A stretch of 60,505 bases of DNA, taken from a bacterium. GTDB lineage: Bacteria > Patescibacteriota > Minisyncoccia > UBA6257 > JAUSGH01. The DNA is taken from contig JAUSGH010000013.1 in assembly GCA_030649055.1 (NCBI GenBank), forward strand, positions 1 through 60,505, given 5' to 3'. Below the pieces are notes generated by a model. The model did no database searches and was not told the DNA's origin. It worked only from the letters and a program-made list of their open reading frames with translations. Every line of letters begins with the position of its first letter. The first letter of the stretch is position 1. Below, piece after piece: positions 52,374-60,505 of the stretch. The translations under genes and the position numbers were made by a program.

Positions 52374-52380
52374 GCCACAA

Positions 52381-54489
52381 TTACTTTTTTGCTCTGCCCT
52401 CAATAATGCCAAGTGCTATATTCCCAGGGACTTCCTCATAATGATCAAACTCCATCGTAAAGTTGCCTCTGCCTTGCGTCATGGAGCGAAGTTTCGTGGC
52501 GTAACCGAACATTTCGGCGAGCGGCACCATGGAGTCAATCACTTTGATGTTGATGCGGTCGCTCATGTTTTCAATTTTGCCACGCTTCGAGCTGATGTCG
52601 CCGGTGACGTCACCCATGTAATTCGCGGGGACAAGCACCTGCACTTTCATGATCGGCTCAAGCAAAATCGGGCTCGCACGCCTCACAGCCGACTGGAACG
52701 CCATGGAACCGGCAATTTTAAACGCGGCCTCGCCTGAGTCCACTTCGTGGTAGGAACCGTCATAAAGCTCAACTTCCACATCCACAAACTTGTAGCCGGC
52801 GATGACACCGCGATCAATGGCTTCCGAGATGCCTTTTTCCACTGCCGGAATAAACTCCTGCGGAATGGAACCTCCCTTGATGGCGTTTACAAATTCAAAT
52901 CCCTTGCCGCGCTCCAATGGCTTGATTCGGATGCGCACGTGGCCGTACTGACCGCGGCCTCCGGACTGCTTGATATATTTTCCTTCAGCTTCGGCTTCGG
53001 CTTTGATGGTTTCTTTATACGCCACCTGCGGCCGGCCGACGTTGGCGCCCACGCCAAATTCGCGCTTCATGCGCTCCACGAGCACCTCAAGATGCAGTTC
53101 ACCCATACCGGAGATAATCGTCTCACCGGTTTCCGGATCGCCCGCCACGCGGAACGTCGGGTCTTCTTCCGCCAAGCGGTGCAAGGCAAGTCCCATTTTT
53201 TCCTGGTCGGCTTTCGTGTTCGGTTCAATGCGGATGCCGATGACCGGCTCAGGGAAAATTATTTTTTCCAAAAGTACCGGATGCTCTGGGTCGCACAACG
53301 TATCACCGGTTGTCGTATTTTTCAAACCCACAAACGCGCCCAATTCTCCGGCATGAATGTCGTCAATGTCTTCGCGATGATTGGCGTGCATGCGCACCAT
53401 ACGGCCGACGCGCTCTTGGGCGTCTTTCGTTGAATTCAAAATGTAGCTGCCTTTTTTGAGCACGCCGGAATACACGCGGAAATATGTCAGCGAGCCGACA
53501 AACGGATCCGCGGCGATTTTAAACGCCAACGCCGTGAACGGCTCTTCATCTTTCGGATGACGCTCAATGGGCAGGTTGGTTTTCAAATCGGTCGCTCTTG
53601 TCGGCGGCACATCGCTCGGCGCCGGAAGGTAGTCAATGACTGCGTCAAGCATCAGCTGGACTCCCTTGTTTTTTAAGGCAGAGCCGGTCACAACCGGAAT
53701 AATGGTTCCTTTGATGGTCGCGATGCGCAACATGCGCTTCAATTCTTCCAGCGGCGGAACTTTTCCTTCCAAATATGCCGCCATCATCGCGTCTTCCTGC
53801 TCCACGATTTTCTCCACTAATTCGCCGTGGCGTTTCTTCGCCTCGGCTAGAGAATGCTCCGGAATTTCAGATTCAATAATATTCTCACCGCGCTCACCCT
53901 CAAAGTGATAGGCCTTCATCTTCATCAGATCAATAAGCCCCTCAAACGCGCCCTCAAGACCGATCGGCAGCTGAATCGGCATCGCGTGCGGATTCAACCG
54001 TTCACGAATAGACGCCAAGCTTCCTTCAAATGAGGCGCCCATGCGGTCCAGTTTGTTGATAAAGCAAATGCGCGGCACGGCATATTCGTCCGCATAGCGC
54101 CAGTTAGTTTCGGATTGCGGTTCAACGCCGGAAACGCCGTCAAACACGACGACGGCGCCGTCCAAGACGCGCAAGCTGCGCTTCACCTCCACGGTGAAGT
54201 CAATGTGACCGGGAGTGTCAATGAGGTTGATGCGGTGTTCAAACGCCTTGTCGCCGTTACGATACGTCGCAGTCCAAAAACAGGTCGTCGCGGCGGAGGT
54301 GATGGTGATGCCGCGCTCCCGCTCCTGATCCATCCAGTCCATGACCGTGTCGCCCTCGTGCACTTCGCCGATTTTGTGCGACACGCCGGTATAAAAAAGA
54401 ATACGCTCAGAGACGGTTGTTTTTCCTGCGTCGATATGCGCGATGATGCCGATATCTCTAACTTTGTCGATGGGATATTGTCGGGACAT
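52381..54489 (-). CDS. fusA: Elongation factor G
   Basis: 702 aa. [18 protein letters not shown]. Confidence 0.97.
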   Translation of the reverse strand: MSRQYPIDKVRDIGIIAHIDAGKTTVSERILFYTGVSHKIGEVHEGDTVMDWMDQERERGITITSAATTCFWTATYRNGDKAFEHRINLIDTPGHIDFTVEVKRSLRVLDGAVVVFDGVSGVEPQSETNWRYADEYAVPRICFINKLDRMGASFEGSLASIRERLNPHAMPIQLPIGLEGAFEGLIDLMKMKAYHFEGERGENIIESEIPEHSLAEAKKRHGELVEKIVEQEDAMMAAYLEGKVPPLEELKRMLRIATIKGTIIPVVTGSALKNKGVQLMLDAVIDYLPAPSDVPPTRATDLKTNLPIERHPKDEEPFTALAFKIAADPFVGSLTYFRVYSGVLKKGSYILNSTKDAQERVGRMVRMHANHREDIDDIHAGELGAFVGLKNTTTGDTLCDPEHPVLLEKIIFPEPVIGIRIEPNTKADQEKMGLALHRLAEEDPTFRVAGDPETGETIISGMGELHLEVLVERMKREFGVGANVGRPQVAYKETIKAEAEAEGKYIKQSGGRGQYGHVRIRIKPLERGKGFEFVNAIKGGSIPQEFIPAVEKGISEAIDRGVIAGYKFVDVEVELYDGSYHEVDSGEAAFKIAGSMAFQSAVRRASPILLEPIMKVQVLVPANYMGDVTGDISSKRGKIENMSDRINIKVIDSMVPLAEMFGYATKLRSMTQGRGNFTMEFDHYEEVPGNIALGIIEGRAKK

Positions 54490-54578
54490 AACGATAAAAG
54501 CTTCTTTAGCTTATCAGCTTCATTAGCTTTTTAGCGCGTCGCTCTAAGGAAGCTAATAAGCTAACGCAGCTAGCAGTT

Positions 54579-55046
54579 CTACCAGGAGAAGTGGGCGAAG
54601 GCCCTGTTCGCTTCCGCCATACGATGCGTATCAAGCTTCTTCTTCATTGCGCTGCCTTCGTTCTTTGCCGCGAGGATGAATTCCTCCGCCAATCGCGCCG
54701 CCATCGGTTTTCCTTTCTTTGATTTCGCCGCCTCAATCAGCCACTTTGCCGCAAGCATAAATTTGCGCGTGGGCCTGACCTCGCGCGGCACCTGGTAGTT
54801 CGCGCCGCCAACGCGGCGAGTTGAAACCTCCACGAGTGGCGTGACGTTCTCCAGCGCTTTTTCAAACACCGGCAACGGCTCCAGCTTGGTTACTTTCTGA
54901 ATTTCGGCAAATGCATCGTACATCACCTTCTCCGCGGTCGTCTTTTTTCCCTTCTTCATTAAATAGTTAACGAAGCGTCCGACGACGGCGCTCTGGTATT
55001 TCACATCCGGCTCATGTTCGCGCTGATAATTTCTTTTGCGTCTCAT
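54579..55046 (-). CDS. rpsG: 30S ribosomal protein S7
   Basis: 155 aa. S7 sequence in str-operon context. Confidence 0.95.
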   Translation of the reverse strand: MRRKRNYQREHEPDVKYQSAVVGRFVNYLMKKGKKTTAEKVMYDAFAEIQKVTKLEPLPVFEKALENVTPLVEVSTRRVGGANYQVPREVRPTRKFMLAAKWLIEAAKSKKGKPMAARLAEEFILAAKNEGSAMKKKLDTHRMAEANRAFAHFSW

Positions 55047-55090
55047 AATTTCTTCTTATCTCTTACTTCTTATTTCTTACGTCTTGCTTT

Positions 55091-55513
55091 TTACTTCTCC
55101 CCTGCCTTCTTCCGCTTTGCGCCATATTTACTCCGTTGCTGTTTGCGCGCTTCAACGCCAACAGTGTCCAATTTTCCGCGCACAATGTGGTAGCGCACAC
55201 CCGGAAGGTCTTTCACGCGGCCTCCACGAATGACCACCACCGAGTGTTCCTGCAAGTTATGCCCTTCGCCCGGAATATAGGCAGTGACCTCCATACCGTT
55301 CGTCAAACGCACGCGCGCGACTTTGCGCAAGGCGGAGTTTGGCTTTTTTGGAGTCGTGGTAAACACCTTTAAACACACGCCACGCTTAAACGGCGAGGGC
55401 GTAAAAAGCGGACGGTTTTTCACGTAGTTAAAATATTTCTGCAAAGCCGGCGATTTTGATTTTTTAGACAACGGTGCACGACCGCGCTTCAATAATTGAG
55501 AAATTGTAGGCAT
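55091..55513 (-). CDS. rpsL: 30S ribosomal protein S12
   Basis: 140 aa. [13 protein letters not shown]-terminus and [10 protein letters not shown]. Confidence 0.96.
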   Translation of the reverse strand: MPTISQLLKRGRAPLSKKSKSPALQKYFNYVKNRPLFTPSPFKRGVCLKVFTTTPKKPNSALRKVARVRLTNGMEVTAYIPGEGHNLQEHSVVVIRGGRVKDLPGVRYHIVRGKLDTVGVEARKQQRSKYGAKRKKAGEK

Positions 55514-55587
55514 GAGTTAGCTTTTAGCTGATAGCTTATAGCTTATAGGAAAACCTTGAAGTAAGTCAAGGGCTGATTCGGTGGGTT

Positions 55588-56214
55588 CTATAATAATGCC
55601 TGGCCGCCCACAATCAGCTGATACAAGCCGTAGATCAGCGGCTCAATAAGTTGGAAGCCGAAGAAAATAAGCAGCAGCAATATCGTGAAACCGTAGCGCT
55701 CCAAAAAATCGCGAATGTTGTTATATCGTGGCGGAAGGAACGCAAACAGCACTTTTGAACCGTCGAGCGGCGGCAATGGCACAAGATTAAAAATCGCAAG
55801 CAGGATATTAATCAATACGATGGTGTGGAAAAAGAGCGGCAACGGCGTTGAGGCAAGCACGCCAGAAAATGACGCAAGCCGGATAAAAACGCCGAAGATG
55901 ACCGCCACAATGATGTTACTCAACGGTCCCGCCGCGGCAATAAGGCCCGCTCCACGCTTCGGTTCGCGCAACCGACGCGGATCATACGGCACGGGTTTTG
56001 CCCAGCCGAAGACCACGGTGCCGCTTGTCGCGACATATAAGAGCAGTGGCAACAGAAACGAACCAAAAAGTTCCAGGTGCTTTAAGGGGTTCAGCGTCAG
56101 GCGGCCCGCATCTTTCGCGGTAGTGTCGCCCAAGCGCAACGCAACCACACCGTGCGAGACCTCGTGCACGATGACCGAAAAAATAAATACAATGAGTTGA
56201 AAGAGTTGGAACAT
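55588..56214 (-). CDS. Site-2 protease family (M50) membrane metalloprotease
   Basis: 208 aa. HEVSHG (HExxH) in the first TM helix. Multiple TM helices. Confidence 0.8.
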   Translation of the reverse strand: MFQLFQLIVFIFSVIVHEVSHGVVALRLGDTTAKDAGRLTLNPLKHLELFGSFLLPLLLYVATSGTVVFGWAKPVPYDPRRLREPKRGAGLIAAAGPLSNIIVAVIFGVFIRLASFSGVLASTPLPLFFHTIVLINILLAIFNLVPLPPLDGSKVLFAFLPPRYNNIRDFLERYGFTILLLLIFFGFQLIEPLIYGLYQLIVGGQALL

Positions 56215-56315
56215 GGGAGTATTCGCGAATAATGCTAATCTTCTTCAAAATAATGCGAATAGGGAGCGATTATTTGCGTTATTTCGTCTTCATTCGCATT
56301 ATTAGCGATTACTCC
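56215..56315. promoter_or_regulatory. Inverted pair of ATTCGC(R)TTATT..(C)GATTACTCC motifs between two minus-strand genes
   Basis: ggagtattcgcgaataatgctaat ... aataatgcgaat ... attcgcattattagcgattactcc. The left arm abuts ATG 56214. The right arm supplies the last codons (YRSNR stop) of 56302..57378. Confidence 0.5.
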
Positions 56316-57378
56316 TATACGATAACATCAGCGGCCAGGACTGCATATATGAAAGACCGAGTTTGTCGCCCAATCCTTTCCAAGTGGGCATGCCCAAGGC
56401 ACAGCGTTTTTTGTTCAAGATGGCCACGCCGCCGGAACTACCGTTGTCAATAATCGCGGACCCTTCATAAATTGGCCCCGCGTCTTCCTCAAAAATGTTC
56501 GCGACGTACCCAACAGAGACCGCGTTCTCCGGTCCCGTAAAACGCGGGTAGCTGACGATGGTAATTCGGTCGCCGATCTCCACATCCGCCACTTCGCAAA
56601 ACCCGATGCCCAGGTCGTCATACGACACGGGCTGAACCGCGACGCGCGATTTTGTGGCGCCGAGTTTTAAGAGCGCGAAGTCATATGTATCGTCAAACAC
56701 GCGCCTTACGACCTCCGCGGCGTACACCGTGTTATCTCCAAAGACCACTTCGCACTGCGGCGTGCCCGTTATCTCGTTATCCGCAATCACGTGCGCGTTC
56801 GTCATCACCACAAATTCGTCGCCGACCGCCGGATAACGCCCTAACAGCGAACCCGAACCGGCGCGAAAATTTACCGTGTTCCCCGAGCGAGCGATCGTGC
56901 ACCGAATCCGCGCCGTTGCCTGCAAGAGCGAATTAATAAAATCCTTCGGCAACGGCTCGCCGCCGATTTTTTTGAGCCGTTCAAGTTCAGTGCTCACGGT
57001 TTCCACTTTCGTCTCTAGCGTCCCGATGGTTTTCCCTTGCTCGCCCAATTTCTGCTGCTGCACCGTGGATAATTGCCCTTGCACATCCAATAATCTTGAC
57101 TGCGCGCCGAGTGTTTCGCTCAATTTCGCGCGATCATTTTCCAACACTGACTTTGTTTTTGCCAACGCATTATTCTCGCCCTCCAATGTTTTGATACGCC
57201 GCGTAAGCGTGGTTTGTTCTTTTTCGAAACGATAGAGCGTTTCAAGCGCCCGCTGCTCCGCCGCGCTGGCACGCGCCGCGGACTCTTGGTACAGCGTAAA
57301 TATGCGAAACGACAATGCGCCGCTTCCGGCGAGCGCGACGGCAAAAACAACCGCTAATGATACGCCGAAATTCCTCAT
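56302..57378 (-). CDS. Membrane-anchored trypsin-like (S1) serine protease with an N-terminal coiled coil
   Basis: 358 aa. TM helix, long coiled coil, TNAHVI (His), DFALLKL (Asp), GSSGG (Ser). Confidence 0.7.
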   Translation of the reverse strand: MRNFGVSLAVVFAVALAGSGALSFRIFTLYQESAARASAAEQRALETLYRFEKEQTTLTRRIKTLEGENNALAKTKSVLENDRAKLSETLGAQSRLLDVQGQLSTVQQQKLGEQGKTIGTLETKVETVSTELERLKKIGGEPLPKDFINSLLQATARIRCTIARSGNTVNFRAGSGSLLGRYPAVGDEFVVMTNAHVIADNEITGTPQCEVVFGDNTVYAAEVVRRVFDDTYDFALLKLGATKSRVAVQPVSYDDLGIGFCEVADVEIGDRITIVSYPRFTGPENAVSVGYVANIFEEDAGPIYEGSAIIDNGSSGGVAILNKKRCALGMPTWKGLGDKLGLSYMQSWPLMLSYRSNR

Positions 57379-57380
57379 TG

Positions 57381-58325
57381 CTATATCCCAAACTTTTCCT
57401 TCTGTAACACGGGATAAAACTGCGGATCAATAACGCGCGTGAAACATACCCGGCCCGCATCATGGTCCCAGTTTGCGCCATAGGGCTCATAAACAGCCCG
57501 CGGCTTTACCGCTCCCGTCAAAACAGCGCCGGTTGAAGGGAGGTCGAACGCCGCGCAGAGTTCAAACGCCAACTCGCCGGTCGTCCGATACTCATAGATC
57601 GCGACGGTTGAAGGGTCTGTCGGCGCGCGGAAACCAGAAATGGGATCTTCCAGGTCCGCCAGTGCTTGCGGCAATTTCCCTTTGCTCTGCCAATAGTAAA
57701 TAATCTGCCCTTGCGTCATCTGCAAATCGTTCACGCGACGCTCATCAAAACGATATAATCGCGCGCGGAGCGGTGATCCGGCGGTGAAGAATCCGCCGAT
57801 AACCGCAACGAGTATAATGGCAATAATCGCGCCGACAAATAACCGTAAGGATTTCTCATTCCACTTATTTTTCAGATCGCGCAGATAAAACATGAATATC
57901 GCGCCCGTGGTCAGAAACACCGTCACGATTTTAAGCGCGAACCGCACCGTGAGCTCTCCACCCAAAAAGTTGTACACGAGCGTCACCAAATCGCCGATGA
58001 TGACGATTGCGGTCACGAACAACGTAAAATGCACAAGCCACTTCCTGACGCGCAATTCGCGCTTTTCAGGGATCGCCGCATAGTCGCGATAGAGCAAACG
58101 CATCACATAGCAATGCACCGGATACACGATGATAAGTGATGCCATCGCAAAACGTATGGTTCCGGCGTAACCCGAAAAATACTCCGGCTGGAGTTGGTCG
58201 GGAAAATAGATGTTGATGTATTGCCAAATCAGCGTAATAAAATTCACCGCGACGTAATACAGCGTACCGATGGATAATATATGCAGAAAGACGTCCTTTG
58301 GGGTGCTTTTAATGTTGGTGTCCAT
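57381..58325 (-). CDS. Integral membrane protein (N-terminal domain resembles the DUF5671 type common in CPR genomes)
   Basis: 314 aa, 5-6 TM helices, then a soluble C-terminal domain. The family name is from memory and was not searched. Confidence 0.5.
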   Translation of the reverse strand: MDTNIKSTPKDVFLHILSIGTLYYVAVNFITLIWQYINIYFPDQLQPEYFSGYAGTIRFAMASLIIVYPVHCYVMRLLYRDYAAIPEKRELRVRKWLVHFTLFVTAIVIIGDLVTLVYNFLGGELTVRFALKIVTVFLTTGAIFMFYLRDLKNKWNEKSLRLFVGAIIAIILVAVIGGFFTAGSPLRARLYRFDERRVNDLQMTQGQIIYYWQSKGKLPQALADLEDPISGFRAPTDPSTVAIYEYRTTGELAFELCAAFDLPSTGAVLTGAVKPRAVYEPYGANWDHDAGRVCFTRVIDPQFYPVLQKEKFGI

Positions 58326-58411
58326 AATTCTATTCTAGAAAACTTTTACATAAATGGAAAGGAGGCGCTCTGCGGTGCAGATGCGCCTCCTTTTGCGTAC
58401 CGATGCGATCG

Positions 58412-59131
58412 TCACGCGACGATGACGCGCCAGTCTCCCAACGACGCGTCGTTATCCGCACCGACAACGATGACATTCGCGGTCATCTGCATGGACGATG
58501 CGAGCGACTTTGCCATCGTCGCGTCGCCGACGATGACGGCGCCGGCGTAAAGGAACGGAACGATGTAGATGCTATACCTGAACCGCCCCTTGAGCTCATT
58601 CCCGACGCGCTTCGGAAAGCCCTTGCCCAGCGCGTCCATGAGATGCTTGTTCAGAGCGTCGCAGAGGGGAATGCGCAGCGACGACTCATCGAGACGTTTG
58701 CCGATGACGTTGCCGAGCGCGCCGTAGAACAAGGCATCGTAGTACGGCCTGCCCCAGCAGATCTCGTTCTCCATCGCCTCATTCCACACCTCCTCATCGA
58801 AGAAGAGATCCGCATCAAGAGGCGCGATGGGAACATCGCCGATAACGGCGACGATCCTCCGCGACGCAATGTAACTTCCCATGGAGACGAAGGTCAACTG
58901 CCGGACGTACAACCCGGACGCCTTGAACGCCTCCGCGATCGCGTTCGCGTCCACCGCATCCGCGCTCGAAAGGTCGTACTTACCAACCTCCGCCTTCAGG
59001 AACAGCGGCTCGAAGAGCTCCCTTGCCTGAAGGACAAGCTCCGGATTCTTCGACTCCTTCGCGAGATATGCGAAGAATGCCTCGCGGTTCACCGTCGGCT
59101 CCGCCACGGTCCTACTCATAACGACCTCCAT
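58412..59131 (-). CDS. Hypothetical protein (GC-rich cassette gene)
   Basis: 239 aa. SD ggggagga lies 4 nt before ATG 59131. Confidence 0.5.
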   Translation of the reverse strand: MEVVMSRTVAEPTVNREAFFAYLAKESKNPELVLQARELFEPLFLKAEVGKYDLSSADAVDANAIAEAFKASGLYVRQLTFVSMGSYIASRRIVAVIGDVPIAPLDADLFFDEEVWNEAMENEICWGRPYYDALFYGALGNVIGKRLDESSLRIPLCDALNKHLMDALGKGFPKRVGNELKGRFRYSIYIVPFLYAGAVIVGDATMAKSLASSMQMTANVIVVGADNDASLGDWRVIVA

Positions 59132-59293
59132 TTTGTCCTCCCCAACCGAAACGTACCTTGCAAACTACACGTCTGCAATTGCAAAAAGCATAGCACGACG
59201 TCCGCTGTATGTCAAAATCACGCGCGAAAAGTCGGACGTTTTATTATTCGCCTATTCGCGCGAATAAGGGGCATAAGAATGAGGAATGCGTGG

Positions 59294-59518
59294 TTACAAT
59301 CCAATTATCTCCACCACCTTTTCCTTTGAGGTTTGGCCGCTGACGATGGAAACAAGCGAAGGCGCGATGCCAAAATATTCGGCGAGTGCGTCAATGATGG
59401 CGAGGTTCGCGCGGTTGTTCACCGGCGGGTCTTTCACGGCAACGATGAAGTGCGTATCATCAACTTTTTCTACGAATTCTTTGCGGGATTTCGGTTTTGC
59501 GTGGACAAAGATTTTCAT
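59294..59518 (-). CDS. DUF167/YggU-like small protein
   Basis: Start MKIFVHAKPKSRK. ...ANLAIIDALAEYFGI...VSIVSGQTSKEK pattern. Confidence 0.65.
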   Translation of the reverse strand: MKIFVHAKPKSRKEFVEKVDDTHFIVAVKDPPVNNRANLAIIDALAEYFGIAPSLVSIVSGQTSKEKVVEIIGL

Positions 59519-59564
59519 AGAGTAATCACGAATAACGCGAATCGGGCTCGGCAATAATGCGAAT
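59519..59564 (-). promoter_or_regulatory. ATTCGC...GATTACTC motif abutting the 59518 start
   Basis: Gene orientation: attcgcattattgccgagcccgattcgcgttattcgtgattactctATG. Confidence 0.45.
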
Positions 59565-59570
59565 AGCTCG

Positions 59571-60146
59571 CTAACGCGAAGCGCGCGGGTTTCTTGCGAT
59601 GTGCAACGCGCCGACGGTATGCTCGCGGATCAAATTGATCCTGCCTTCGTCAAAAAACTTTTGGGCAATATCTTCCACGGCCGCCGCCACTTCGGGACGA
59701 TTTTTTTCAAACCACGCAACTGCGATATCAAACGCGCCGAGTTTTGTGTGCGTGCTACCCTCGGCTCCCGGGTACCCCTTCACGCGGAGTTCCTCTTGAT
59801 ACGCGGCAGTTCTGGCAAGCGAAGAAATGACCAAAAATAACCCTTCCGGATTGATATTGCGACGCTGCAGCTCCGCGCCCCACTCGGCGGCGAATTCATC
59901 CAACAACTTTTTTGTTTCTTTATCCAATACGCGAAAATGTTCCGGCACGTTTGCTGAAACGCGAAAAAATGCGCCGTTAATAACCCGTTCCGCGCGGCCA
60001 CTCCCAAGCGCGTGCTCAATATCCGCTTCGGTCTGCATCACCGGCGCGTCCTTCCACCATTCGGCCTCCAATTTTTGCGCCGCTAAAATTTCCGCAAGTT
60101 CTTCCGGCGGAGTTTCGGGCACGGCGGGCTTCAACTGTTCATTCAT
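59571..60146 (-). CDS. LAS/M15-type metallopeptidase-like protein (VanY-like)
   Basis: 191 aa. SSLARTAAYQ...GSTHTKLGAFDIAV fits the S.R....Q / SxHxxGxAxD pattern. Confidence 0.5.
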   Translation of the reverse strand: MNEQLKPAVPETPPEELAEILAAQKLEAEWWKDAPVMQTEADIEHALGSGRAERVINGAFFRVSANVPEHFRVLDKETKKLLDEFAAEWGAELQRRNINPEGLFLVISSLARTAAYQEELRVKGYPGAEGSTHTKLGAFDIAVAWFEKNRPEVAAAVEDIAQKFFDEGRINLIREHTVGALHIARNPRASR

Positions 60147-60154
60147 ACGATCGA

Positions 60155-60505
60155 TTACTTCGCCGCTGCTTTTACAAACGCAAGGAACAATGGATGCGGA
60201 GCGAGAGGACGGGATTTAAATTCGGGATGAAATTGCGTGCCAAGAAAAAACGGGTGCTTTGATTTCGGAAGCTCGGCGATTTCCATCAACTCGCGGTTCG
60301 GGGACGAACCGGAAAAGACCAACCCATGCTTTGCCAGCGCATCAACATATTCAGGATTTACTTCATAGCGATGGCGATGTCGCTCGGAGATTTTCTGCTG
60401 CCCGTACGCCTCATACGCAACTGTTTTCTCCGCGAGCACGGCCGGATAAGCACCAAGCCGCATGGTTGCGCCATAATTTTTCTCCAGCATGTTTTTCTTT
60501 TGCTC
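60155..60505 (-). CDS. pyrG: CTP synthase, C-terminal glutamine amidotransferase part (N-terminus beyond the window end)
   Basis: [27 protein letters not shown]. The ORF is open to the window edge. Confidence 0.9.
   Translation of the reverse strand, partial: EQKKNMLEKNYGATMRLGAYPAVLAEKTVAYEAYGQQKISERHRHRYEVNPEYVDALAKHGLVFSGSSPNRELMEIAELPKSKHPFFLGTQFHPEFKSRPLAPHPLFLAFVKAAAK

Noticed and set aside
1-60505. Search for diversity-generating retroelements, retrons, group II introns, toxin-antitoxin pairs of known type, and CBASS- or Thoeris-like defence genes
   Set aside because: I saw no reverse-transcriptase (YxDD) ORF, no template/variable repeat pair, no intron domain V, and no recognisable TIR, SIR2, STING or cyclase-effector pairs. 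The only nucleotidyltransferase (39118..39804) is a small Pol-beta-type protein translationally coupled to rmuC, with no effector partner.

Overview
Compact bacterial window, standard genetic code, most genes on the minus strand. The gene content and repeat vocabulary look like a Patescibacteria/CPR (Parcubacteria-like) genome; that assignment is my inference, not a search result.

Housekeeping backbone: cysS, dnaB, recR, rplU, queA, tgt, tRNA-Glu(CTC), a dcw block (mraZ-rsmH-ftsL-ftsI-murF), tRNA-Val(CAC), rplJ-rplL, trmD, rnhB, dnaE (with a 433-aa LAGLIDADG intein), thrS, rmuC, dinB, rpsL-rpsG-fusA and the 3' part of pyrG. Surface genes sit at the left end: two tandem FG-GAP/VCBS-repeat proteins, a type IV pilin-like gene and a CorA-like transporter.

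Main observation: about a dozen visibly GC-richer 1-3 gene cassettes of mostly unrecognisable proteins are interleaved with the backbone.
- Each cassette gene has an AGGAGG-type Shine-Dalgarno (SD) site.
- Many have a near-consensus sigma70 promoter with a 17-nt spacer.
- Many are followed by a long, perfect GC-rich 3' hairpin.
- The housekeeping genes lack an SD. They are preceded by AT-rich short-period repeats or by a recurrent ATTCGCATTATT...GATTACTCC motif that abuts the start codon.

Other notable items:
- An orphan ~440-nt transcript unit (50051-50527) bounded by a promoter and a terminator, with no credible ORF.
- A tRNA-like 121-nt element and duplicated tRNA 3' ends next to tRNA-Val.
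- A PaaX/Cas2-fold-like regulator flanked by 13-14-13 palindromic operators.
- Palindromic repeat families embedded in frame in cysS, queA, trmD and rnhB.
- A 7-nt x4 tandem repeat inside rsmH.
- A homopolymer-disrupted start on one FG-GAP gene.

I recognised no rRNA gene, CRISPR array, transposase, integrase or reverse transcriptase. All calls come from reading the sequence and ORF translations; no database search was possible.
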